DNA from: Adineta vaga
Lineage: Eukaryota; Animalia; Rotifera
Length of the DNA stretch: 64,000 nt
Direction of reading: 5' to 3'
NCBI GenBank assembly: GCA_021613535.1
Contig: CP075497.1
Span: 10,354,001-10,418,000, forward strand
Position 1 is the first letter of the stretch; each line of letters starts with the position of its first letter. Below the pieces are notes generated by a model. That model was not told the origin of the DNA and searched no databases. It worked only from the letters and a program-made list of their open reading frames with translations. Shown one piece after another: positions 15,101 through 26,619 of the stretch. The position numbers were made by a program, and so were the translations under genes.

Positions 15101-15400
15101 AGCACCAACAACGCGAATATCGTGTAATATGGGTGATTGTCAAAGTCCATATTTATGGCATGTAGAACCGTGGTCAAAAGTATGAATAATTGATATGATT
15201 AATTGAATTTATGTAAGAAATTATTTTAGTGTTCATCGGATTGTAATCGAGGTGAACAAACTCGACGTATCTATTGTAAAAATCGACAAACATCCTTACC
15301 GGTTAATGAATTATTTTGTATTCCTCATAAACCTGTTACACGTATCGATTGTTATGGATTTTGTAAGATATCTAAAACATCATTTAGATTTTATCAATAA
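3146..15400 (+). CDS. ADAMTS metalloprotease (ADAMTS9/20/GON-1-like) with about 19 thrombospondin type-1 repeats; 3' end ambiguous (15400 if unspliced, 15851 or later if spliced)
   Basis: Signal-peptide exon 3146-3260 (MHFDIYMVFTAIVTTLLCSLPSS) joins in phase 1 across a 3 kb intron to the prodomain (HCFYKG, SISLCHGL). Then a furin site (RRAKR), Zn motif HEIAHLFGIRHD, Met-turn (NIMA), first TSR (WGDWSSWSPCTRTCG), Cys-rich and spacer domains (VEDGTPCG, EDVCGVCNG), and about 18 more WxxxxWxxCSxxCG repeats. Confidence 0.93.
6844..6951. repeat. Nested inverted repeats in an ADAMTS intron (possible MITE remnant or hairpin)
   Basis: TGTACGAAACCTT (6847-6859) is the exact reverse complement of AAGGTTTCGTACA (6912-6924). 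TTTTGTACG (6844-6852) also pairs with CGTACAAAA (6943-6951). Confidence 0.5.
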
Positions 15401-17179
15401 CTTTCTCTTTAGCATTTGAGTATGATCAAAGTATAAAGAGGTAACATTTATATCTCAAATATCTTTTTCTATTCTTGCTACATTTCACGTACATACAACT
15501 TAGAATAAATACATGCTTCATTGTATTTCTATGTTGTCTTGTACAATTGCGCGTCTAATAATGAATCTATCTGATACTCTACTTGATTTCATAAGAAACT
15601 CAACTTCCCTCTGCCCCTTTATAACGTATATATATATATGCATATCTATATCTAAAACTCGTTCTATCGAAAACAGAACGTGTTGTGTGTGTGCCGTACT
15701 TGTTTGAATTAAGCATGCTTATATTAGATTCTTGTATTAGTTAAGAATTAATAGTGTTATTCTATTTGCTTTCTTTTGTTCAATTAATTTGAATTTGAAT
15801 TTAACTTGTTATCTAATCAAATGAATTCTTTTCTTTTTTAGGCTTTGTTAAACAATATGTCATTAAAAGCTTCTTCTTCTTCTTTTTCTTGTCCATTATT
15901 CTTTTTGCTCACAATCATTCTTGTCCATATATTGTACAGGTATGATCAGTTATTTTCGTTATTTTAATCATGAATTTCTTCCTTTCTTCTTCACCAATAG
16001 ATGTTCGATGATGATTTGAAACCGAAAAACAAATCCCAGTTTAGATCAATCGATCTGAATGACAATATGTATGTCATTAATTCAGAAAGAATTCATTACA
16101 TATTTTCTATTATGTTTAAATAGATATCTCTTTGTTCTTTACTTATTTTTTTCTTCATACATCAATTGTATCTTCATTCAATAATTCTTATAAAAACTCC
16201 AGATCTATTTTCTAAATCATGGTGTTATGTATTTGTGTGCTTTTTCATCGTCTTCCAAGTCAGATGTTGTTCTACAATCATAGGTAAATATAACAATAAC
16301 AATAGATCTTTCTTTATCCGTTTTGTTTTGTTTTGTTTTGTTTTGTAGGTGATGATGTTTAGAGCACATATTTGTTTGATTGTTCGAAATATAAATTACT
16401 AATTATTATTATGTCTTGTCAATGAAAATACTTGTTTTCAACATATATATATATAATCCGAATTTCACGGGTGCTATGCATAATCAAGAAGCAACGAACA
16501 ATGCCGTAATACGGACACAATGCTTCTTCGTGTTTTTACTCTCTCTTTCTCTTTCTCCTCCTCTTTCTCCGTTTGTTTTATTTGGTTAATTTAGATTTTA
16601 GAATATTTTTAGTTATTTCTGTTGTTTTCTTGTTGTCGAGTTGGTTTGTTTTTTTTCTTTCTCATCTCATATATATATATATATAGATACATATAAATTA
16701 GAAGGTAGATGTATTTTCTTTTCCAATTTATATGTTAAGCACGCGAATATATTCGTTGTTACTTCTTGTTATAAAGATCTCTGTTAATCCTCATATGTGT
16801 CGTGCTGTTCTTTTCTTCTTCTTGTGCAATAGAAATGTCTCTATATGTTTTCTTTTTCTTGAAACTTTTCTTCTCTCTGTTCGTGTGCGTGTGTTTTATT
16901 ACTTTAGCATTAGAATATCTTTCAGTGCTATAGTTTGGTTTTGCTCAGCTAAATTCATTATGATATGCATTGAAAATGTTCGTCTTTAAATTAATATTTC
17001 ATTCTCTCAAATAACTGACTGTGCTTTTTAAAAGTGTCTTTCTATTATCATCATACATATTGAGTCAATTCATACTCATATTCTACGCATATGTATGTAT
17101 GTATAACAAAAGAAGAAAAAAAAATTACATAGAAACGATAAATAAATAATAACCTGGGTAGAGTACATTTATATAAAAA

Positions 17180-17757
17180 TCAATCAGTTTGTGATTTAAA
17201 TGGATTACTAAAACGTTTCTTTGAAGGAGTATTGGGCGTTGATGCTAGAGGAGAAACAGGTGGAGTCACTGCATGTTGAGTAATATAATTGAATAAAGTA
17301 CGAAATTCTTCGAGAGATAATTTTCCATCACCATTAGCATCAGCAGTTTTTAACATATCTCTTGCTTGTTTATCAGTTAAAGGTTCACCAAGATTTTTCA
17401 TTGTTTTTTTGATTTCCTTAGCTGTAATAAATCCATCAGCATTATGATCAAATGCACGAAATGTTTCGTGAAGATATGCATCTGGCGCATGTCGACCAAA
17501 TTCTTGCATTATTTGACGAAATTCATCAAATTTTATGCTATCACGATTACAAAATAAATCTCTCATTTTAGCTTCATTGATTGTCAATTGTAATTTTTGA
17601 CATGCACATCGAAGCTAAAGAAATCCAATGAGATTTAGAAGAGAAATTCAGTAATGAAAAATCATACTTCATTGGCACTGATACAACCATCTTTATTTTT
17701 ATCAAATAATTGAAATGTATCGAGTAATTGTGTTAAATTAATTGTTTGTTCAGACAT
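17180..17757 (-). CDS. Calmodulin-like EF-hand protein with Pro/Ser-rich C-terminal tail (2 coding exons)
   Basis: MSEQTINLTQLLDTFQLFDKNKDGCISANE splices to LRCACQKL...; EF loops DKNKDGCISANE, DHNADGFITAKE and DANGDGKLSLEE; also MKNLGEPLTD. An in-frame stop lies upstream of the ATG. Confidence 0.9.
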
Positions 17758-18844
17758 ATTTAATACCCTACAGAAGAAAAGAAAGAATCTAGGAATAAAT
17801 ATTTATCTGCTCGCTTGCTTTGTCGTATTAATTTACCTAGTGCAACACGATTGACTTGTCCACCGAGACTAAATCGTTTCTTTATCGGATATGTTTATAT
17901 AAGTCTCTCTGAAAATATCATAATTGTTTAGAAGAAGAAAATGCGCAGTCTTAGATGAAATACAATCGAATCTGACTGTTGTTCTGTCTTACTTTCTTTT
18001 GTTTTCTCACTTTACCTATTTGCGTCAACGAACTGTTGTCCTCTGGTAATTCAATTTGAAAAAAGAAAAGAATTTTAACAAAACACAAAAAGAGAAAAAA
18101 AGAACAGAATAAGGAGGATTTTCTTTCTTTTTATTTATTTTATGTTAAAATAACGCTAAATAACATGAATGTCGATGCATAAACTAAGTTAGTTAAATAA
18201 AGCTCGAAGAGTATTTATCTTGCGCAAGTTTATCTATGTCAATTTAAACTGATATTAAATAGGATTGTCTTTCGTTTTTCTTTTCTTTTCTTTTTTCATT
18301 TGCTGACGTCAATGATAATGCTTTGGGAATAGAAGACGTCAGCAAATTGATGATAAAATTTTTTGTTTCGATGATAACAAATCTATGTGAGAGTATCCAG
18401 CCATAAAAATCATCAGTCCATTCGGTAAATACCAAGATATTGTAAAATCAAAATGAATCTATTTGTATTCTATAAGGGGTAAAAATAAGATTGGTTTTGC
18501 AACATATATATATATGTAATTGAAGATTGAAAACTAATATTGTTTACGAAGGATAAAACGAGAAAGTTGATGAAAATGTGTATGAATATTGATTTGGAAA
18601 TTGAAGAATATTTTCTTTATCGATAAGTGTTTATAGTTAATTTAACATGATATGAAGTTAATGTTGCTGTGAGTAACTGAAAAACAATGTTATTTTTTTG
18701 TCGTTGCCATACTTCGAATGCATCAATTATCGGATAAATTAACCAGTCAGATAATCTAATCGAAGATTTATGTATTGCTGGAAGGAAAAAATTTTCTTCT
18801 TTTTGAGGGTATTTTATCGAACATTGATTAAAATGTATGTGAAA

Positions 18845-18860
18845 TCAGTGCCCTCTGTTG
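18845..18860 (-). promoter_or_regulatory. CTCF/YY1-like motif (CAACAGAGGGCACTGA) about 190 nt upstream of SSRP1
   Basis: One of five AGA[TG]G[GT]C[AG] instances noticed 150-220 nt upstream of housekeeping-gene ATGs; the binding factor is inferred. Confidence 0.45.
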
Positions 18861-19049
18861 TGCTATGCTATAATTGGTGTTCTTAAGTTATTTATGATCC
18901 AATGAAATGAACGATTTACGTCAAAATATTACAAAAAAACGAAGAAAGAACGTTTGGATGGTTTAGATTCATTTCACTTCTGAACTCTCTCATCGTTAGT
19001 CGACAATATTTTGTATTGTAGATACTCTATTTTTCTTTTCTAATACAAA

Positions 19050-21417
19050 ATGGCTGCAATGGAATTCGACGAAGTTTATGAAGAAATACGTGGTGTTCTT
19101 GTAAGTTGATTTTGTCTTTTTTATCTTGTTTGATAATGAATTGCTTTTGTCTAGAATCCCGGTCGTTTGAAGTTAACATCAAATTCAATTGTATTTAAAA
19201 ATTTACGAACTGGTAAAGTAGAAACAATTACGAAAGATGAAATTGATGCAATTAAATGGATGAAACGTTCGCGTGGTTACGGTTTGAAATTCATTACAAA
19301 GAATGACACATCTTTACGTTATGATGGCTTTAAAGATACTGTATGCATTGTTTATCGTTTTTGAAAGATGGAGAAAAAAACCGTTTATTTATTCAATCTT
19401 TTGTAGGATATCGAACGTTTGAAAGAATTTATAACAGGTAATTTTGGTAAAAATATTGAAACACAAAAGATGGCAGTTAATGGTTGGAATTGGGGAAAAG
19501 TTTCATTTGGAAGTAAGGATGTTATGTTTATTGGTTGAGAAAGAATCATTGAACTTCTTTTCTATAGCTGGTAATCTCGCATTTGAAGTTGATCATAAAC
19601 AAGCATTTGAAGTTCCATTAAAGAATGTTTCCAATTCGAATAAAGGAAAAAATGAAATTACACTTCAATTTCATCAACCGGAAGATGCAAAAGTATCATT
19701 AATGGAAATTCGATTCTATGTTCCACCTAGTGATGTTGATGGTGATGCAGTTGAAGTAAATTTGACATTAAAATTCTTTTCATGAGAAAGATTTCTTTCA
19801 TTTGTAATCGATAGGATTTCCATCAAAATGTTATGAAAGGTGCAGCTGTATTGACAGCAAAAGCTGGAGATGCTATTTGCAGTTTATCAGATATCAATTG
19901 TCTTGTACCACGGTATGATTGAGTCGAAAGTTTGAGATTTCATGTCAATGTTTTTGTCTTGTAGTGGTCGACATGAATTACGATTTTATCCAGGATTTTT
20001 TGATTTACATGGAAAATCTTATGATTATAAAATTCCATATAATCAAATTACACGTGGTTTTCTTCTTCCACATAAAGATAATCGACAAATGTATTTTGTG
20101 GTATGTAGAAATTCATGGATATTCTGATATAATAATACGATGGTATCTGTTTTAGCTCAGTTTGGATCCACCAGTAAAACATGGTCAAACACGTTATCAA
20201 TATATCATTTTTGGCTTTAAAAAAGAAGAAGAAACAAAAGTTGAAATATCATTAACACCGTAAATAACTTTCTTTCCTTTTTTTTTCATTCATGGAAAAT
20301 CTTGTTATTTCTAGTGAAGCTATTCAAGAAAAATATGGTAATAATCTTCAAAAAGAAATGAAAGGTCCTTATCATGATATTGTTTCACGTTTATTTCGTG
20401 CTATTACTGAACAACGTATTACTGTACCCGGTTCATTTACAAGGTAAATATTTCATGAAATTGTTAGTTTTATTTCAATAATGTTCCTCTTTCGAATAGT
20501 AAAAGTGGTGCAAAATGTGTTAGTTGCGCTTATAAAGCATCAGCTGGTTTACTTTATCCATTGGAACGTGGTTTTATTTATATAACAAAACCACCCATAT
20601 ATATTCATCATGATGATGTAGCATCATGTGGTTTCAATCGTTCAAATACAGCGACAGGTCGTACATTTGATTTTGAAATTCAATTAAAAAGTGGTGGATC
20701 ACAAGTATTTAGTAATATTGAAAAGTATGATAGAATATCGGTTTAATGATAAAGATATTTATGAAGAATTATTTTCTGTTTAGAGAAGAAGCTAAACCAA
20801 TGTCAGACTTTCTCAGTTCAAAAGATCTTCGTATTCATGCTGCTAGTAATTGGGTAAGAAAGAATAATATTGATTTGATCGCGAATAGAAAATATTTTTA
20901 TGATAATTTTTTTTCTTCCTAGGACAAAAAGGTCAACTATTCTGTGGATAAGGATCGTGATATCTACTTAGAACATGTGCAAAATGAAGGTCAAGAACGT
21001 GAAGATGATGATGTAAGTTTTAATAAATTCTATCAAAGATAATAATCGATTACGTTGAAAAATTTTCTAGGACGAAAGTGATGACGAAGAAGAAGATGAA
21101 GATTTTCAAGGTATAAAGCATAGTTTTATTCTATGGATTATTTAATATTGAATGTAATTTTAGGTGGTGAAGAAGATGATGATGCACTTGAATATGATAG
21201 TAATGCTTCAATTAATTCAACTGAAGATGAAGATGAAGATGGAAATAAAAGTCCATCATCACCGAAGAAACGCAAGAAAATAGCATCATCATCATCAACT
21301 AGTAAAAAGGAAAAATCGGATGAATCATCGAAAAAGAAATCGAAACCGAAACCGAAAGAATCACCAAAAAAGAAAGCACCAAAGAGTAAAGAAGAAGTTG
21401 AAGATGATTCAGATTAA
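19050..21417 (+). CDS. SSRP1: FACT complex subunit SSRP1, without HMG box
   Basis: NPGRLKL, VNGWNWG, QAFEVPL, SLMEIRFYVP, LHGKSYDYKIP, FLLPHKDNRQMYFV, SLDPPVKHGQTRY, YKASAGLLYPLERGFIYITKPPIYI and RTFDFEI, followed by an acidic then basic tail; about 13 exons. Confidence 0.95.
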
Positions 21418-22420
21418 TACAATCAATGTTGTGTTTGAATGTACATATTCATAGTACAAACATATACTTATTTTTTTTTCTTGTCTCAATAAAACAAAAA
21501 ATTTATCCTATCAGAGTAATATCTATCTAAATATTATCGATTTTGAATTAATTTGGACATTCACTTCGACAATGTAATTGTCATAACCTTTTGTTATTTG
21601 TTTTCATACTATTGAATTTTCATTAGTAATCATTTGTAATTTGTGATGAATGCATGACTTTGATAGAAATTATCGAAGAATTAACGTGACAAACTCGAAC
21701 ATGAAAAAAAAGAAGAGAAATTATTTTCCCCAAATAGAACATCAAGGTTATAATTTATTCATGTAAATACTTAACATTCAAATTAACTTAGTATTCTATC
21801 TAATTAGTGATGTTTTGAAACCAAGAATATTCACCATTCAAATTTCATGAACATTTGGTTCGGTTAAAATCCGATATGATCCAGATGATCAAGCTATTTT
21901 TCGTCATACAGAGGAAAAGGTCTGTGTATTGATTCATATCGAACAAAACCGATGTTTTTATAAATTAGTTTCTAATCTAACCAATCTTCGAGGAAATTAC
22001 TTTTCCAGATTAACTTAATAACAATCCCAAATATATCTACATTGTTAACCTACATTTTTTAATTGTTGCAAATAGACACCGAGATAGTATGTGTGTAAAA
22101 TATAATTAGTTTCTTGTTCCTCTCTCAATGAGATATAAATATACCTGAAGATTAGTATCGTGACTTAACTTAGTTCATTCCAAAGACCTCTTTCTCTTTT
22201 CGTGATCTAGAATAACGTGAAAGAAAGCATGTAAGATGTTTTTTGCATTAACTTCTCTTTCAATTATTCATTAATCTTTCCAACAGATAGAACAAATATC
22301 GATAGATGTAGAACAATGAATTGTTAATATCTCCATTTCTATTTATTTTTAGATTATATATATATAGACAGAGAGGAAGAGGGACTTCTTTCCACATTTA
22401 TTTAGCTGAAATTCTAAACA

Positions 22421-23137
22421 ATGGTAAGAAAGGAGAACAATTCATGTTATTATTAAATTTTTATTACTCTTTAGGCTGATCATTTGAATGAATTTTGGAG
22501 TGAGAAAATGAAACGTCTTTTCTATCTTTATGGTAAAATTCGAAATAAACTTTAAAATTTACGTCGATTTATCTTGTATATTGAAGATATTGATCGAGAT
22601 GGTTCGATAACTCCAGCTGATTTTGAAATTCTTGCCGATAAACTTTCAACACTTGTTGGTCAAGGTGATGAAAAACGTCGAGAAGAATATGCTACAGCTC
22701 GAAAAGCTCTTTGTCAAGAAATCATGCGTGCTGATGCAAATCAAGATGGAAAAGTTACATTAGGTAAATCATTTTGTTATACAAAAGACACATTTGTTGT
22801 CTTATGTTCTATAGAAGAATGGTTGGATTTTCATCGACGTCTTGCCATTGAATTACGTAAACCAGGTGCGAATCCTGAGTTATTACCACAATTAACCCAA
22901 CGAATCAATACAACATTTAATATGCTTGATCTCAATCATGATGGTCATATTGCACGTGATGAATGGGTTAAAACTTGTGAATTTTTTGGTGTTGAAAAAG
23001 ACGCAGCTAATAAATCTTTTACACAAATAGCACAAGGTGATAATCTTGAAGAGAATGTCGCGAAGAAAATGTTTTTCGATTATATTAAAACTGATGATCC
23101 TAATCATATATCCAATTGTTGTTTATGTTTTCTTTGA
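22421..23137 (+). CDS. Sarcoplasmic calcium-binding protein (SCP/calexcitin/aequorin-superfamily) EF-hand protein
   Basis: ATG-only first coding exon (22421-22423), then ADHLNEFWSEKMKRLFYLYDIDRDGSITPADF (SCP-type N-terminus), DANQDGKVTLEEW and DLNHDGHIARDEW; the fourth EF hand is degenerate. Confidence 0.85.
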
Positions 23138-23459
23138 ATATATATATATATAGAATTTCGAAAATGAATGTTGTGCGTGTTTATTTATTTATTTAATCAG
23201 AAAATATAATAAATCTAGTTTTAATCGAATATATTCTAATGGAGGTAGCAGATGTGCTAAAGCGATCTTTTTCTCATGACCTATCAATGTTCCTGAGTAT
23301 TTGTTATTGAAAAATAATAAGTATTTATATGAATAATAATATCATCATCCAAGAAAACATTTTGCTCTATTCATAGACGACCTTTATTCTTAATGAAATA
23401 ATTATTTATTCAATCATTATTCCAAATGTACAAGAAGAAAAACTTTTCTTTTGTTTACA

Positions 23460-24754
23460 TTAAAACCAATTCTTTCGTTTGAAAAATAATAACATTGTAA
23501 GTGCTAATGCCACCATACCTGAAAGCACTACATAGTATCCATATTCCCAATGAATTTCTGGCATATTATCAAAATTCATTCCATAAACTCCAGCTATAAA
23601 TGTCAATGGAATAAATATTGTTGATATGATTGTCAACGTTTTAACAACTTCATTCATTGCATTGGAATTAATCATCATATAGAAATCAATAAATGATGAA
23701 AGCGTTTCACGATATGTATCAATTGTATCATTCACTTGAACAACGTGATCAGAAAGATCTTTCAAATAGATAATAGTACTTTCTTGAATAATTTGTGTTT
23801 CCTCTTCTTTTTGCAATCGATTTATAATCTCCTTTAATGGAGATATTAAACGACGATAATCCAACATATGACGTTTAAGATCATAGATTGTTTCTAAAGT
23901 ATCACGTGATAATTTATTCATTAACTGGTGATCAATTTCTTCAATTTTAATATTGACAATATCGAGTACATCCATATATTGATCAACGATTTTATCGATT
24001 AATGAATAAAAAAGGTAATCAATTTTCGATTTTCGAATTCGACCAAGATTTTTACGAATTTTATCTATGAAAATGCAAAATAAATCGTTCGAAGAAAAGA
24101 AACGATTCGATCTAATTTACTTTTGATTTGATCAAATGTATCTTTAGGTTTTTCTTGAAATGTAATCAAAACATTTTCTTTTAGATAAAAACTGATTTGT
24201 TCAATACATGTTTGTTGAGTAATACGATCTGGATAGATTAATTTCAAAACTAAAAATAATGCATCGTCAAATATATCTAACTTTGTTCGTTGCTCATGAG
24301 TTTCAATATCTAATATCACCAATGGATGAATCTTAAACCGTCGACTAATACTTGTTAGTAATGTTGTATCATGAACCTGTAAGTTTCATTGAAATATTTC
24401 GATTGCAGAAGAAAACTTTTCACTTACACCAATCGCATCAATCCATAAACATTCATTTGATTTTATTGCTGGCATATCTTCAATAGATGGATATTGTCTT
24501 TCTTCAAATGTATCTTTATTATAGATAAATACAGTTGGCGTAATATGTGTAATAGTTTGCATTTCTTGTGCTGATTGATGAGATATCGATCCACGGGAAA
24601 CGGAGAGTGAACGATGAGCAATGGAACAAGTTCGATCTCGTATTTTATCTTCATTGACTAGGAAATCTTCGGAATAAACTTCGAAATCTGTTGGAGATAA
24701 AGAGCGAATTCCTTTCAACACAACAGCTTTCGTTTTCGATAAAGTGGATGACAT
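23460..24754 (-). CDS. corA: Bacterial-type CorA Mg2+/Co2+ channel, copy 1 (3 exons)
   Basis: WIDAIGVHD, FKIHPLVILDI..QRTKLD, DYLFYSLIDKIVDQY and MNEVVKTLTIISTIFIPLTFIAGVYGMNFDNMPE (GMN signature). Introns at 24377-24427 and 24065-24120. Confidence 0.95.
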
Positions 24755-25085
24755 GATACACGTTGTTTGTCCTTCTTTTTTAAATAACAGAATATTTCAA
24801 CAACATTGTTAAATAATAGGTTACAGAATAGAAACAAAGAAAAACAAAAGGCAGAAGAAAATATTAGCTATTATTTGTATTCATACAGGTATGAAGATAG
24901 TTGATAAGATATTAACTCATATCCTTTAAGTTTATGAAATACTATTCTGTCATGCACATTGTGTAAGTTAATCGTCACTTACAGTCATATATTACATTCA
25001 TGCCAAATTAGATATCAAAAATAAAATCTCTTTATTCATGCATCGTTTTTTTTTTTGTATACAATGAAGAAAAAAAGAATTTCAT

Positions 25086-26373
25086 TCAAAACCATTTCTT
25101 TCGTTTAAAACAGCATAACATAATAAATGTTAAAGAAACCATACATATAAGTACGACATAATATCCATATTTCCAATGAATTTCTGGCATATTATCAAAA
25201 TTCATTCCATAAACTCCTCCAATGAATGTTAATGGAATAAATATTGTTGATATAATTGTCAACGTTTTCATAACTTCATTCATTGCATTGGAATTAATCA
25301 TCATATAGAAATCAATAAATGATGAAAGCATTTCACGATATGCATCGATTGTATCGTTCACTTGAACGACATGATCATAAAGATCTTTCAAATAGATAAT
25401 AGTACTTTCTTGAATAATTTGTGTTTCTTCTTCTTTTTGCAATCGATTTATGATCTCTTTTAATGGGGAAATTGATCCACGAAAATAAAGCATTTCACGT
25501 TTAAGATCATAGATTGTTTCTAAAGTATCACGGGAAGGTTTTTGCATTAGATGATCTTCTATAGCTTCAATCTGTGTACCAACTTTATCAAAAACATCCA
25601 TATATCGTTCAACAATTGTATCACATAACAAATAGAATAAATAATCGATTCTTGATCGACGTATACGACCACGATTTTCAGAAATTTTCTCTAAACAAAA
25701 AAACCTTTTCGCTTAAGAAAGAAATGAAAAATGTTGATTTTACTTTTGATTTGATCGAATATATCTTTTGGTTGTTGTTGAAATGTAATTAAAATATTTT
25801 CTTGTAAATAAAAACATATTTGATCAATACATGTTTTGCTGGAAGATCGATCGATATAAATAACTTTAGCGACAAGAAATAACGCATCATCTAGTATATC
25901 TAATTTTGTACGTTGTGCTATTGTTTCAATATCAGCAAGAACTAATGGATGAATTTTAAATCGTTGACCAATTTTTGTTAATAAACTAAAATCTTGTGCC
26001 TATGAAGATCAAATTGTATATTTATTATTAAAATAATTAAAACGAAATTCATTACAGCAGGTATATCAATCCATAAACACTCATTATTATGAATTGTTCG
26101 AATGTCTTCCATTGATGTAGATGATAATATTTCTAAAATATCATTATTATAAATTAAAATCGTTGGATCAGCACGAATATCGGATGGTCGTTCGGAAATT
26201 TGACTATGTATAAGTGTTGGTGGAACATAAATAGTCGCCGCACGATTTTTAACTGTTTGTGTTCTTGGTCTTAATTGATCTTCATCTTTGGAATACTCAT
26301 ATAGAATGTCCTCTGATTTCCGATGTTTTCGTCGACGATGTACAATTAAATTAATAGTTGTCGGTGATGACAT
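25086..26373 (-). CDS. corA: Bacterial-type CorA Mg2+/Co2+ channel, copy 2 (3 exons)
   Basis: Same motifs (FKIHPLV, MNEVMKTLTIISTIFIPLTFIGGVYGMNFDNMPE). Introns at 26000-26055 and 25691-25743, in the same positions as copy 1. Confidence 0.95.
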
Positions 26374-26619
26374 GAGAATAGATATATAGTTTTTGTGAGT
26401 TTTTCTTTCAAAAATGAAATGATATCTTACCTTTTATGTCACAGAAAGAAAGCAAAACAAATCTACAGCTGACATTGTTGATTTAGAAGATCTGATAACT
26501 GATATCATAAAACTTGTTAGAAGTTTTTTTAACAATGACTTTTGAAAAAAGACAAAAACGTTTTATTCTCTGAACAAAATCCGTTATTTTACTAAAGAAA
26601 AAGAAAAAAAGACGAAAGA

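Noticed and set aside
15838-15945. Minus-strand reading SKKNNGQEKEEEEAFNDILFNKA*
   Set aside because: It is the antisense of a TTC repeat, has an upstream in-frame stop, and has no minus-strand acceptor.
23117-23137. CaaX prenylation signal on the SCP-like protein
   Set aside because: The last four residues are LCFL, so the Cys is not at the -4 position.
23460-26373. Bacterial contamination as the source of corA
   Set aside because: Both copies have host-sized spliceosomal introns and host-like base composition, and are flanked by animal genes.
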